DNA of 52,011 nucleotides from a virus (Duplodnaviria; Caudoviricetes): IMG/VR virus record IMGVR_UViG_3300030372_001232, positions 1 to 52,011 of that record; one strand, 5' to 3'. Shown piece by piece: positions 34,124 to 42,499 of this stretch (position 1 is its first letter; each line of letters starts with the position of its first letter). The notes under the pieces were generated by a model. It saw only the letters and a program-made list of their open reading frames with translations, ran no database searches and was not told where the DNA came from. The position numbers and the translations under genes were made by a program.

Positions 34124-34393
34124 ATGCCCACTTATACATTTAAAAATAAAAAAACAAAAGAAGTTTACGATATGGTTATGTCGTATGAAGACTTATTAAA
34201 ATACAGAAAAAAACGAAACATAGAACAAGTATTTCAACCTTATAAGGTATTTCGTTTAAATGATATGGGCGGCCCAGAAGATAGATTTAGAGAGTGGTGC
34301 AAACAAGACCCAGGTGATGTAGATACAAGTAAATCATTTAATTTTAGAAATAGTAAAAAGGAGTACTTATTTAGTGACAAAGAAGATAAATAG
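34124..34393 (+). CDS. Small protein with an FmdB-like MPTYTF N-terminus
   Basis: Start set at ATG 34124: MPTYTFKNKKTKEVYD. Confidence 0.6.
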   Translation: MPTYTFKNKKTKEVYDMVMSYEDLLKYRKKRNIEQVFQPYKVFRLNDMGGPEDRFREWCKQDPGDVDTSKSFNFRNSKKEYLFSDKEDK

Positions 34394-34757
34394 TAAGAAT
34401 TGTTTAGAAGGTAAAACTGTTAAAATAGGATACTCAGATATAAATTTAAAGGTTCAAGCTCCTGAGTTTAAAAAAGCTAATATGACAGATTGCTATGGTC
34501 AGTATACTCAAAGAGAAAACATTATTGAGATACAGCCTGGACTTTCTAATGTAGATGAAGCAAATACACTAATACACGAGATAATTCATGCATGTGTTTA
34601 TATCTCGTCATTAAACACAGATGGGCAGCCACTCTCCAGCGATAATGATGAAGAAGTGGTGGTAAACAGCCTATCTAATCATTTAATTCAAGTATTAAAG
34701 GATAATAAATGGTTATTACCATATTTATCGAAAAAATTACTTGACAAACCTAAATAA
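34374..34757 (+). CDS. Putative zincin (HExxH) metallopeptidase
   Basis: YGQY...IEI...NTLIHEIIHA...EEVVV. Confidence 0.7.
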   Translation: MTKKINSKNCLEGKTVKIGYSDINLKVQAPEFKKANMTDCYGQYTQRENIIEIQPGLSNVDEANTLIHEIIHACVYISSLNTDGQPLSSDNDEEVVVNSLSNHLIQVLKDNKWLLPYLSKKLLDKPK

Positions 34758-34769
34758 TGACTGTATAAT
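34741..34769 (+). promoter_or_regulatory. Consensus sigma70 promoter for the portal/head operon
   Basis: TTGACA-17-TATAAT. Confidence 0.9.
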
Positions 34770-34804
34770 AGAATACAGGGATATATACAATATTAAGGGG
34801 AATT

Positions 34805-37021
34805 ATGGTAGATTATACACAAGGTAGTACACAAGACGAACCAATGTCAGCAGAAGAAATGGAAAAAGAACAGGAAAAGTCTAAGCTTTCCTCTTTTATC
34901 TATAGAAAATTTTATGACTGCGAAGTTGCTCGTAGAAGTGATGAAGACAGATGGTTAGAAGCTTATCACAATTATCGTGGTAGATATTATAAGAATGTTA
35001 GATTTAGAGACCATGAAAAGTCTAGGGTCTTTGTAAAAGTAACAAAAACCAAAGTATTAGCAGCTTACGGACAAATTACGGATGTTCTGTTTTCTGCCAA
35101 CAAGTTTCCCATCTCCGTAGAAGAAACTAAAATACCAGAAGGTGTAGCAACTTTTGCACATCTCAATCCCCTAAAAGAGCAGCTAGGTGACGGTCTTCAG
35201 CAACCCGACCCAACTATCGAAGGAAATATGGGAATGGGTACAGAGACTCCTGCCCCAACACCAATGGCTACTCCAATTGGTTTTGAAGGGGATGGGAAAA
35301 CCTTAGAGCCTGGAACTACGTTTGGTTCTTTAAATGAAGAGTTTTTAGCATCTCTTAAAAAAGAGTATGAAGGTGCAGATTTACAAGAAGGTCCTGCACC
35401 TTTACCAGAGATGCCTCAAATAAAACCAGCTCAAATAGCAGCTCGTAGAATGGAAAGACTTATTCACGATGAGATAGAAGAATCAAATGGCTCTAGTGAA
35501 TTAAGAAATGCAATATTTGAATCAGTATTATTAGGAACTGGAATTGTAAAAGGTCCTTTTACCTTTCATAAAACATTACATGCATACAGTAAAAATGAAG
35601 AAGGTTTTAGACAGTACACTCCAAAACAAGTAAAAGTTCCAAAATTAGAACATGTAAGTCTTTGGGATTTTTATCCAGACCCTAATGCAACAAGTATTGA
35701 AGAATGTGAGTTCACAATTCAGCGACATAAATTTAATAGAAATCAATTAAGGAATCTGCTGAACAGACCATTCTTTGATAAAGAAGCAGTAATTGCTACT
35801 TTAGAAGACGGCCCAAATTATCAAGATAGAAGTTTTGAATCTAATTTAGATTTAGGTGATGAAACTTATGAATCAAATGAAAGTAATTCTAGGTTTGAAG
35901 TTCTTGAGTATTGGGGCATTGTAGATAAAACAACTCTAGAAGAATCTGGATTAAAAGTTCCAGAAGAGTTTACAGAAGAAAATGAATTACAAATTAATGC
36001 TTGGGTAACAGAAGGTAGAGTGTTAAGAATGGTTCTTAATCCATTCCAACCTTATAGATTACCTTATCATGCGTTTCCTTATGAAAGAAACCCATATAGT
36101 TTTTTTGGAATAGGTGTTCCAGAAAATATGTCAGACGCTCAAGCAATTATGAATGGACACGCAAGGATGGCAATAGACAACCTTGCTTTATCAGGTTCAC
36201 TTGTTTTTGACATAGATGAATCAGCACTTGTAGCTGGTCAGTCAATGGATGTGTATCCTGGAAAAATATTTAGAAGACAAGCAGGTATGCCTGGACAAGC
36301 TGTACATGGACTTAAGTTTCCAAATACAGCAACAGAAAACATGATGATGTTTGATAAGTTTAGACAACTTGCTGATGAATCAACAGGTATTCCGTCGTAC
36401 TCTCACGGACAAACTGGCGTACAAAGCATGACAAGAACTGCGTCAGGTATGTCTATGTTATTAAGTGCAGCGAACTTGAACGTAAAAACTGTAATTAAAA
36501 ACATTGATGACCATTTACTGAGACCTCTCGGTGAAAGTTTTTTTCAATGGAATATGCAATTTTACGATGGCGACTTAAACATTGAAGGTGATTTAGAGAT
36601 TAAAGCTACAGGCACAGCTAGTCTGATGCAAAAAGAAGTTAGGTCTCAAAGGCTAACAATGTTCTTACAAACAGTTCAGAATCCAGCGATTGCACCATTC
36701 GTTAAGATTTCTGAAATAATAAAAGAACTTGCGTATAGCTTAGACCTAGACCCTGATGAAGTCATTAACGACCCAGTGGCTGCTGAGATATATGCTAAAA
36801 TTATAGGATTACAAAATGCTCAGCAACAAGGACAAGAACAACCTCCAGGTCCTGGTGTCGAGTCCTCAATGGGTGGTGCTCAAGGAGTACCTCCAGAAGT
36901 TGCAGGAACTGACAGTCAAGGAACTGGCAATGGCACAATCGGAACAGGCAGTGTTTCGCAGCCAGGGGAAATGGAGTTTACTGGAACAGTTGATACACCT
37001 CCAGGACAACCTCAAGAATAA
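34805..37021 (+). CDS. Portal protein
   Basis: 738 aa following terL, with KSRVFV..TKTKV, GTGIVKGP, DFYPDP, FFGIGV, IDNLALSG and TASGMSML. Confidence 0.9.
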   Translation: MVDYTQGSTQDEPMSAEEMEKEQEKSKLSSFIYRKFYDCEVARRSDEDRWLEAYHNYRGRYYKNVRFRDHEKSRVFVKVTKTKVLAAYGQITDVLFSANKFPISVEETKIPEGVATFAHLNPLKEQLGDGLQQPDPTIEGNMGMGTETPAPTPMATPIGFEGDGKTLEPGTTFGSLNEEFLASLKKEYEGADLQEGPAPLPEMPQIKPAQIAARRMERLIHDEIEESNGSSELRNAIFESVLLGTGIVKGPFTFHKTLHAYSKNEEGFRQYTPKQVKVPKLEHVSLWDFYPDPNATSIEECEFTIQRHKFNRNQLRNLLNRPFFDKEAVIATLEDGPNYQDRSFESNLDLGDETYESNESNSRFEVLEYWGIVDKTTLEESGLKVPEEFTEENELQINAWVTEGRVLRMVLNPFQPYRLPYHAFPYERNPYSFFGIGVPENMSDAQAIMNGHARMAIDNLALSGSLVFDIDESALVAGQSMDVYPGKIFRRQAGMPGQAVHGLKFPNTATENMMMFDKFRQLADESTGIPSYSHGQTGVQSMTRTASGMSMLLSAANLNVKTVIKNIDDHLLRPLGESFFQWNMQFYDGDLNIEGDLEIKATGTASLMQKEVRSQRLTMFLQTVQNPAIAPFVKISEIIKELAYSLDLDPDEVINDPVAAEIYAKIIGLQNAQQQGQEQPPGPGVESSMGGAQGVPPEVAGTDSQGTGNGTIGTGSVSQPGEMEFTGTVDTPPGQPQE

Positions 37022-37025
37022 TTAA
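36816..37025 (+). CDS. Small conserved post-portal protein, overlapping the portal 3' end in another frame
   Basis: W..LKEYL...A......FRSQG....L..L..L helical pattern, typical of the gene that follows the portal in related podoviruses. Confidence 0.6.
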   Translation: MLSNKDKNNLQVLVSSPQWVVLKEYLQKLQELTVKELAMAQSEQAVFRSQGKWSLLEQLIHLQDNLKNN

Positions 37026-37046
37026 CAAATAATAAAGGGCAGTAAA

Positions 37047-37499
37047 ATGAGTGATGAAATAAAAGATAATAGGTTTATAAGAGTAACTTCAGTTTTTGGA
37101 AAAGATAATGAATTTATAGAATATAAACCTTCAGGAGCTGTTAAAGAAAAAATAGTAACAATTCCAATGCCCGAACTAGATTACGAAAGCTATAACAAAG
37201 GAGGAGCTGTAATGAAGAAAAAAACTAAAATGATGGCTGGAGGCGGCAAAGTCAAAAAGAAAACTAAGATGATGGCTGGCGGCGGTAAAGTCAAAAAGAA
37301 AACTAAAATGATGGCCGTTGGTGGTAAAGTCAGAAAGAAAACTAAAATGATGGCTATTGGCGGTAAGGTTAGAAAGAAAACCAAAATGATGGCTGTTGGT
37401 GGTAAAGTTAAAAAGAAAACCAAAATGATGGCTGGTGGCGGTAAAGTCAAAAGAAGTAAAATGTATTCAAAGGGCGGGAAAGTTAGTAAAGGTAGGTAG
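37047..37499 (+). CDS. Basic tandem-repeat protein
   Basis: Six (K/R)KKTKMMAxGGKV repeats. A possible second start at ATG 37212 follows GGAGG. Confidence 0.75.
   Translation: MSDEIKDNRFIRVTSVFGKDNEFIEYKPSGAVKEKIVTIPMPELDYESYNKGGAVMKKKTKMMAGGGKVKKKTKMMAGGGKVKKKTKMMAVGGKVRKKTKMMAIGGKVRKKTKMMAVGGKVKKKTKMMAGGGKVKRSKMYSKGGKVSKGR
37215..37448 (+). repeat. 6 x 39-bp coding tandem repeat
   Basis: Units differ mostly at synonymous positions, implying selection on the peptide. Confidence 0.95.
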
Positions 37500-38191
37500 T
37501 GTCATATCTTATAAGTAACGTACCCCATTTTAAATGCTGGGTACGAAAAGAGTTTACTGCTAATCATAATGACTATCACGGCGAATATATACACGCTTTA
37601 GCTTTTGCAGTAAATACTATACCCGACAGGTCTTTAAGTTTTCAAGTTGTATTTACAGGATGTGAAATAGATTCTGAAGACGGACCAGATGAAAACATAC
37701 ACGGTGGTGCTATGTGGGCAAGAATGCCTATACAAGCATTAGTTGCAGATATACCATATGAAGAATGGCCAGAACCAATGGAAGACCATTTATGTCAACC
37801 TTGGGACTGTGAATCTAGAACACATAGTGCAGTTGTTCTTGATAGAGTTAGTTCATCACCGTGGCTTTGTAAAATAGATAATGACTTTTACAAAGGTAAA
37901 TATTTATTTACTGTTGACTATACTGATAGTGATATTGCTGACGACCCTGCACAGCATAAACAATCACATGTATTATATTTACAAGATGCAGGGAAGTGGA
38001 CTGGTAACTTTGTTGCTTTACCTAATAATAGAGTAAGAGCTACAAGTCCTGCATTATGGAGAACAGGAGAAGGAGCACCTGACTTTTCACCTTCTCAGTG
38101 GATACATTCTGCAGAACAACATGAAAGTTATTTAGACCCTTTTACAACTTTTAACAATTTATATTCAGATGGTAAAAAAACTAAAAAGTAA
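37499..38191 (+). CDS. Conserved marine phage protein of unknown function
   Basis: GGAMWARMPI, QPWDC, YLFTVDY, QHKQSH and LPNNRV motifs. Confidence 0.75.
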   Translation: MSYLISNVPHFKCWVRKEFTANHNDYHGEYIHALAFAVNTIPDRSLSFQVVFTGCEIDSEDGPDENIHGGAMWARMPIQALVADIPYEEWPEPMEDHLCQPWDCESRTHSAVVLDRVSSSPWLCKIDNDFYKGKYLFTVDYTDSDIADDPAQHKQSHVLYLQDAGKWTGNFVALPNNRVRATSPALWRTGEGAPDFSPSQWIHSAEQHESYLDPFTTFNNLYSDGKKTKK

Positions 38192-38357
38192 AAGAAAAAA
38201 ATTTTTTGCAGGAGGTAATGTTATGCCTTCTGCTCAAAAACCTTTTAGTGGTTTTACTTTAACTATGGACCAACTAACACCTGTTGGTAAACCTATAAGA
38301 AAAGCTAATATAACATCTAAGAAAAAAGTAAGTAATAATAAAGGATTTATTGTATAA
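38169..38357 (+). CDS. Small basic protein with an FFAGG motif
   Basis: 62 aa, TAATG-coupled to the next gene. Confidence 0.55.
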   Translation: MVKKLKSKRKKFFAGGNVMPSAQKPFSGFTLTMDQLTPVGKPIRKANITSKKKVSNNKGFIV

Positions 38358-39202
38358 TGGCAACACCAGGATACGCAGCATTATATAGAGTGCCAGGAGC
38401 ACAACAATCAGGTTCTCAAGATAAACCTATTGATAATGTAGTTGGTGAAGATAAAGCTCCTACAATGGGATTATATTCTCCAGGAACTCCAAGAGAAGTA
38501 CAAGGTCCTGGACAACCACAAAGATTATTTGACTCATCAAGAGCTAGATATGCTGCTGGTGGTTTGACTGGTGTATTTGAAGAAAAAGAAGTTTCAGATG
38601 ACCCAGGTTATCGTGCATATGAAGATGGTGGTATTGTTATTCCAGAATTACAACAAGCACAAGAAACAGGTATGCCAATTGATATGATATCTGGAGAAGA
38701 TTTAGAATCAGAAACTTCTTTAGAAGATGTAGAAAACATGGGAAGTCCAGAAGAAATTAATACACAACTAACTGCTAGTGTTAGCACTTCAATGTTAACT
38801 TCAAAAGAAGAATTAGTTTTAGAAACAGCACTAGAAGAATTTCCAGAGTTAATTAATATAATTCCTAAAATGTTAATGGGAACTCCAACTGAAGAAGAAG
38901 AAAAAGAAGAAGATAAACCAAATATAATTAACGGTGTAGAAGAATTTACTGGTGAAGGCGAAGTCGAAGGACCAGGAACAGGTACATCAGACTCAGTCCC
39001 TGCAATGTTATCGGATGGTGAGTTTGTAATTACAGCTAAAGCAGTTAAGCAAATAGGTGTAGACAAACTTCGTAAGATGATGAAAAAAGCAGAAGACGAT
39101 TATGATAAAGATATGAATGTCCAAGAAGAACAACAAATGCAACCAGGTTCTAGAGAGGACATCATGAGTGCTGCTAATGAAGGTTTACTAAGTAAATCTT
39201 AA
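38357..39202 (+). CDS. Acidic head-module protein with a GPGTGTSDS...LSDGEFV domain
   Basis: GPGTGTSDSVPAMLSDGEFVITAKAVKQIG, a motif also familiar from tape-measure C-terminal regions. Also contains YAAGG and YEDGG. Confidence 0.7.
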   Translation: MATPGYAALYRVPGAQQSGSQDKPIDNVVGEDKAPTMGLYSPGTPREVQGPGQPQRLFDSSRARYAAGGLTGVFEEKEVSDDPGYRAYEDGGIVIPELQQAQETGMPIDMISGEDLESETSLEDVENMGSPEEINTQLTASVSTSMLTSKEELVLETALEEFPELINIIPKMLMGTPTEEEEKEEDKPNIINGVEEFTGEGEVEGPGTGTSDSVPAMLSDGEFVITAKAVKQIGVDKLRKMMKKAEDDYDKDMNVQEEQQMQPGSREDIMSAANEGLLSKS

Positions 39203-39215
39203 TAGCAGGCTTTAC

Positions 39216-39284
39216 AAATAGAGCTACCCTGAGCGTCACCAAGGCACTCTATTTTCGGCTACTCTTACAATAATGTAAGACCCC
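39216..39284 (+). promoter_or_regulatory. Tandem hairpins sharing a CUAC internal loop, upstream of the scaffold gene
   Basis: AAAUAGAG[CUAC]CCU...AGG[CA]CUCUAUUU and GG[CUAC]UCUUACA-auaa-UGUAAGA[CC]CC. Confidence 0.55.
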
Positions 39285-39311
39285 AACAATAACAAAGAAA
39301 GGTGATAACAA

Positions 39312-40286
39312 ATGACTGATAGTAATGAGACCCCTCTTTTTGAAAAAAGAGCTACTTCTCAGAAAAGTGAAGAACAAGAAGCTAATCCGTATAATCAAAA
39401 AAAAGATTATCTTGATTATGATAGTATGGATGAAGCGTCAAAAAAACCCTTTGCTGATTCTAATACAATAGCTTATAAAAAACCTTCTCCAAAAACTGTA
39501 GTTGATACAAGTCAAGTTATAGATAATGAAGAAGAAACTAAAGAAGAAGCTAATGTAGAAACACAACCTTATAAAAAGGTAGACTATAAAAAAAGGTATG
39601 ACGATTTAAAACGACATTATGACGATAAAGTAAATTCGTTTAAACAAAAAGAAGAAGAACTTCATGCACAATTAAGAGCTAATCGACCTCAATACAAAGC
39701 TCCTAAAAGTAAAGAAGAACTTCAAGAGTTTAAAAAGAATTATCCAGATGTTTATGATGTAGTTGAATCAGTCGCTCATACTCAAGCTACTAAAGAAATG
39801 GAAGATTTAAAAAGCGAGATAAAATCTCTTCGTGAAAAAAATACTGAAATTTCTAAAAAAGAAGCTGAAGCTACATTATCTAGACTTCATCCAGACTTTA
39901 ACACAATTAGAGAATCGGATGAATTTCATCAATGGGCAGATAGTCAACCAGAAGAAATTAAAGGTTGGATATATAGCAATGCTACAAATGCGACGTTAGC
40001 CTCTCGTGCGATAGACCTTTTCAAACAGGATGTCGGCAAGTCTACAAAATCAACTAAAGAAACATCAGGCGACTTACTTCCTGCTTCTGAAATGATTCAA
40101 GTAAGAAACAGTAAAGAAGTTGGCTATGGTTCTAAGAAGATTTGGACTCGTTCTCAAATCGCAGCTATGTCTCAAAGTGAATTTGATAAGAACGAACAAT
40201 CCATAACTGAAGCAATGACTGACGGCCGTGTCGTAGATGACTTAGGCAGAAGAAATTACGGAGGTTCTGGAAATCCGACTTACTAA
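39312..40286 (+). CDS. Capsid scaffolding protein
   Basis: Acidic coiled-coil protein directly before the MCP, with YKKRYDDLKRHY, HPDF..I...EF..W and C-terminal AM.DGRV. Confidence 0.8.
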   Translation: MTDSNETPLFEKRATSQKSEEQEANPYNQKKDYLDYDSMDEASKKPFADSNTIAYKKPSPKTVVDTSQVIDNEEETKEEANVETQPYKKVDYKKRYDDLKRHYDDKVNSFKQKEEELHAQLRANRPQYKAPKSKEELQEFKKNYPDVYDVVESVAHTQATKEMEDLKSEIKSLREKNTEISKKEAEATLSRLHPDFNTIRESDEFHQWADSQPEEIKGWIYSNATNATLASRAIDLFKQDVGKSTKSTKETSGDLLPASEMIQVRNSKEVGYGSKKIWTRSQIAAMSQSEFDKNEQSITEAMTDGRVVDDLGRRNYGGSGNPTY

Positions 40287-40345
40287 ATAACTTAAGATAG
40301 TAGTTGCTTACTTAACAACAACTCAACTAGAAAAGGAGAAATACC

Positions 40346-41323
40346 ATGGCTGTATTTCAAAATGCTGGTGGAGCTAGTAACAATAACTTTAATGCGGGCA
40401 CTTCAGGTCAAACCAATGAGTTTTTCGTTCCTGAAATTTTCTCGAAGAAGATTCAAAACTTCTTTAGAAAATCGTCTGTTATTGAAGCTATTACAAACAC
40501 GGATTATGCAGGTGAAATCTCTGCTTTTGGTGATACAGTAAATATCATTAAAGAGCCAGAAATCACTGTCGCAGCATACACTCGTGCAGCTTCTACTACA
40601 AAACAGTTCCTAACTGACCAAGAGTTGACACTTGTTATTGACAAAGCAAACTCATTTAAGTTTATTGTTGATGACATTGAGGAAAGACTTTCTCATATCA
40701 ACTTCGCATCAGTAGGTGCATCAAGTGCGGCATATACACTAAAAGATACAATGGACTCAGAAGTTCTTTCTGCAATGTTCTCAGGTGTATCAACTTCAAG
40801 TCCAGACCATCAACTTGGTGGTGATGGAAACGGTTCAGCAATCGCTAACTTTACTTCAGGTGACCCTATTGATATGGGTAATGGAAGTAGTGAATTAAGC
40901 CCTCTAAAAATCATGGCTAGAATGGCTAGACTTTTAGATGACTCACAAGTCCCTGAAGAAGGAAGATGGTTCGTTGCAAAACCAGAGTTCTATGAAGAAC
41001 TAGCGGATACCGATTCAAAACTAATGTCATCTGACTTTAACCAAGGTGATGGTGGTGTAAGAAACGGTTTAGTAGCTTCTGGTCAAATTAGAGGATTTTC
41101 TATGTACAAATCTTCTAACTGTCCTGCAACTTCAGGCACGAACGCAACTGGACAATGTTTAGGTGGACATATTAGCTCTACAGCAACTGCTCAATCTATA
41201 CTTAACATTGAAACTCTAAGAGACCAAGATACTTTTGGTGACATCGTAAGAGGTTTACATGTGTATGGAAGAAAAGTTCTAAGAGATAATGCTATCGTAA
41301 AAGCTGTCTACGCTATAGACTAA
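40346..41323 (+). CDS. Major capsid protein
   Basis: FVPEIFSKK, TNTDYAGEI..FGDTVNI, F.VDDIE, RWFV..PEFY and FGDIVRGLHVYGRKVLR. Confidence 0.93.
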   Translation: MAVFQNAGGASNNNFNAGTSGQTNEFFVPEIFSKKIQNFFRKSSVIEAITNTDYAGEISAFGDTVNIIKEPEITVAAYTRAASTTKQFLTDQELTLVIDKANSFKFIVDDIEERLSHINFASVGASSAAYTLKDTMDSEVLSAMFSGVSTSSPDHQLGGDGNGSAIANFTSGDPIDMGNGSSELSPLKIMARMARLLDDSQVPEEGRWFVAKPEFYEELADTDSKLMSSDFNQGDGGVRNGLVASGQIRGFSMYKSSNCPATSGTNATGQCLGGHISSTATAQSILNIETLRDQDTFGDIVRGLHVYGRKVLRDNAIVKAVYAID

Positions 41324-41331
41324 AAATAATT

Positions 41332-41363
41332 GCAGGGGTGATTAAGTTCATCCCTGCTTTTTT
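41332..41363 (+). terminator. Rho-independent terminator after the capsid gene
   Basis: GCAGGGGTGA-ttaagt-TCATCCCTGC followed by TTTTTT. Confidence 0.85.
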
Positions 41364-41380
41364 ATAAAAAGGATAATATT

Positions 41381-41614
41381 ATGGGAATAGCAAAAAAAGG
41401 ACTTAAGTACGAAGATGTTGTTACAAGACATCAACCATCTGTTATGGAAGGTAATAATGTGGATTCTGTTGACCACGGAAAAGATAAATATCCAAAACAA
41501 TATGGTAACGTAGATTTAAGAAGAGACTGTGATAAAAGCGAAATGGGTACAAAAGGAGATACTAGTATATATCCTGACATGCCTACTAATAAATTAAAAA
41601 TTAATTTAGTATAA
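41381..41614 (+). CDS. Hypothetical protein
   Basis: 77 aa, AAGGA RBS. Confidence 0.65.
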   Translation: MGIAKKGLKYEDVVTRHQPSVMEGNNVDSVDHGKDKYPKQYGNVDLRRDCDKSEMGTKGDTSIYPDMPTNKLKINLV

Positions 41615-41625
41615 AAGGAACTTAA

Positions 41626-42396
41626 ATGGCTGCTCCGTTTAGAACGTATTTAGATTTATGTAATACTATATTAAGAGAACTTAATGAAGTTGAGTTAACT
41701 TCTACAACTTTTACAAGTGCTTTAGGTATACAAAAATTTATTAAAGATACTATAAACAGAGCTTACTTTGATATCTGTAACGCAGAAGATAAGTGGAATT
41801 TTTTATCTGTAGGAGACCCACTTAATGATTACTATGGTAATGCTTTTATAGAAACAGCTGCTGGAACTAGATGGTATGATTTACAATCAGCACAAACACT
41901 TTTAAATCAATACAGTTTTATAGATTATGATAATATAGTTTTAACTGAAGAAGGAGTATCAGGTAAGTCAGCTCCTTTTGAAGTATTTAAACTACAACCT
42001 TTTTCATTATCAAACTGGCAAAGATTATATGGAGTTCAAGAAGCAAAAGATAAAAGTGATACTCAATCTTTTGGAATACCAAGAAGAGTTATAAGAGCAC
42101 CAGCAAATGATAAAATAGGTTTCTCTCCTATACCAGATGGTGTATATAGAATATATTTTTACGCATACTCTCAACCTGTAGAGTTAACTGCAGCAACTGA
42201 TACTGTTGTATTCCCAAAACAATACACATCAGTTTTATTAGCGAGAGCAAGATATTACGTACACCAATTTAAAGATAATATGTCACAAGCACAATTATCT
42301 GAAGTAGAGTTTCAAAAAGGCATAAGGACAATGAGAGAACAACTTCTTGAACCATTCCCAGTTGTAATGGATGATAGAAGAAGTGTTTATGTCTAA
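41626..42396 (+). CDS. Tail tubular protein A / head-tail adaptor
   Basis: TYLDLCNTILRELNEV N-terminus, W.FL and P.PDGVY. Follows the MCP. Confidence 0.75.
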   Translation: MAAPFRTYLDLCNTILRELNEVELTSTTFTSALGIQKFIKDTINRAYFDICNAEDKWNFLSVGDPLNDYYGNAFIETAAGTRWYDLQSAQTLLNQYSFIDYDNIVLTEEGVSGKSAPFEVFKLQPFSLSNWQRLYGVQEAKDKSDTQSFGIPRRVIRAPANDKIGFSPIPDGVYRIYFYAYSQPVELTAATDTVVFPKQYTSVLLARARYYVHQFKDNMSQAQLSEVEFQKGIRTMREQLLEPFPVVMDDRRSVYV

Positions 42397-42499
42397 GAAA
42401 AAAATACATGTAAAATTACCACCAAGTTGGATAAAGGTAAATAAAAAAGAAGTAATTAAAAAATTTTTTAAAGTATGGCAGAACAAGGTATTTCGATAA
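42389..42499 (+). CDS. Possible small basic protein (36 aa)
   Basis: MSKKKIHVKLPPSWIKVNKKEVIKKFFKVWQNKVFR bridges the gap and overlaps both neighbours. Confidence 0.35.
   Translation: MSKKKIHVKLPPSWIKVNKKEVIKKFFKVWQNKVFR

Noticed and set aside
37215-37448. Possible CRISPR array
   Set aside because: The units are contiguous 39-bp coding repeats with synonymous variation and no unique spacers. No cas operon is present.
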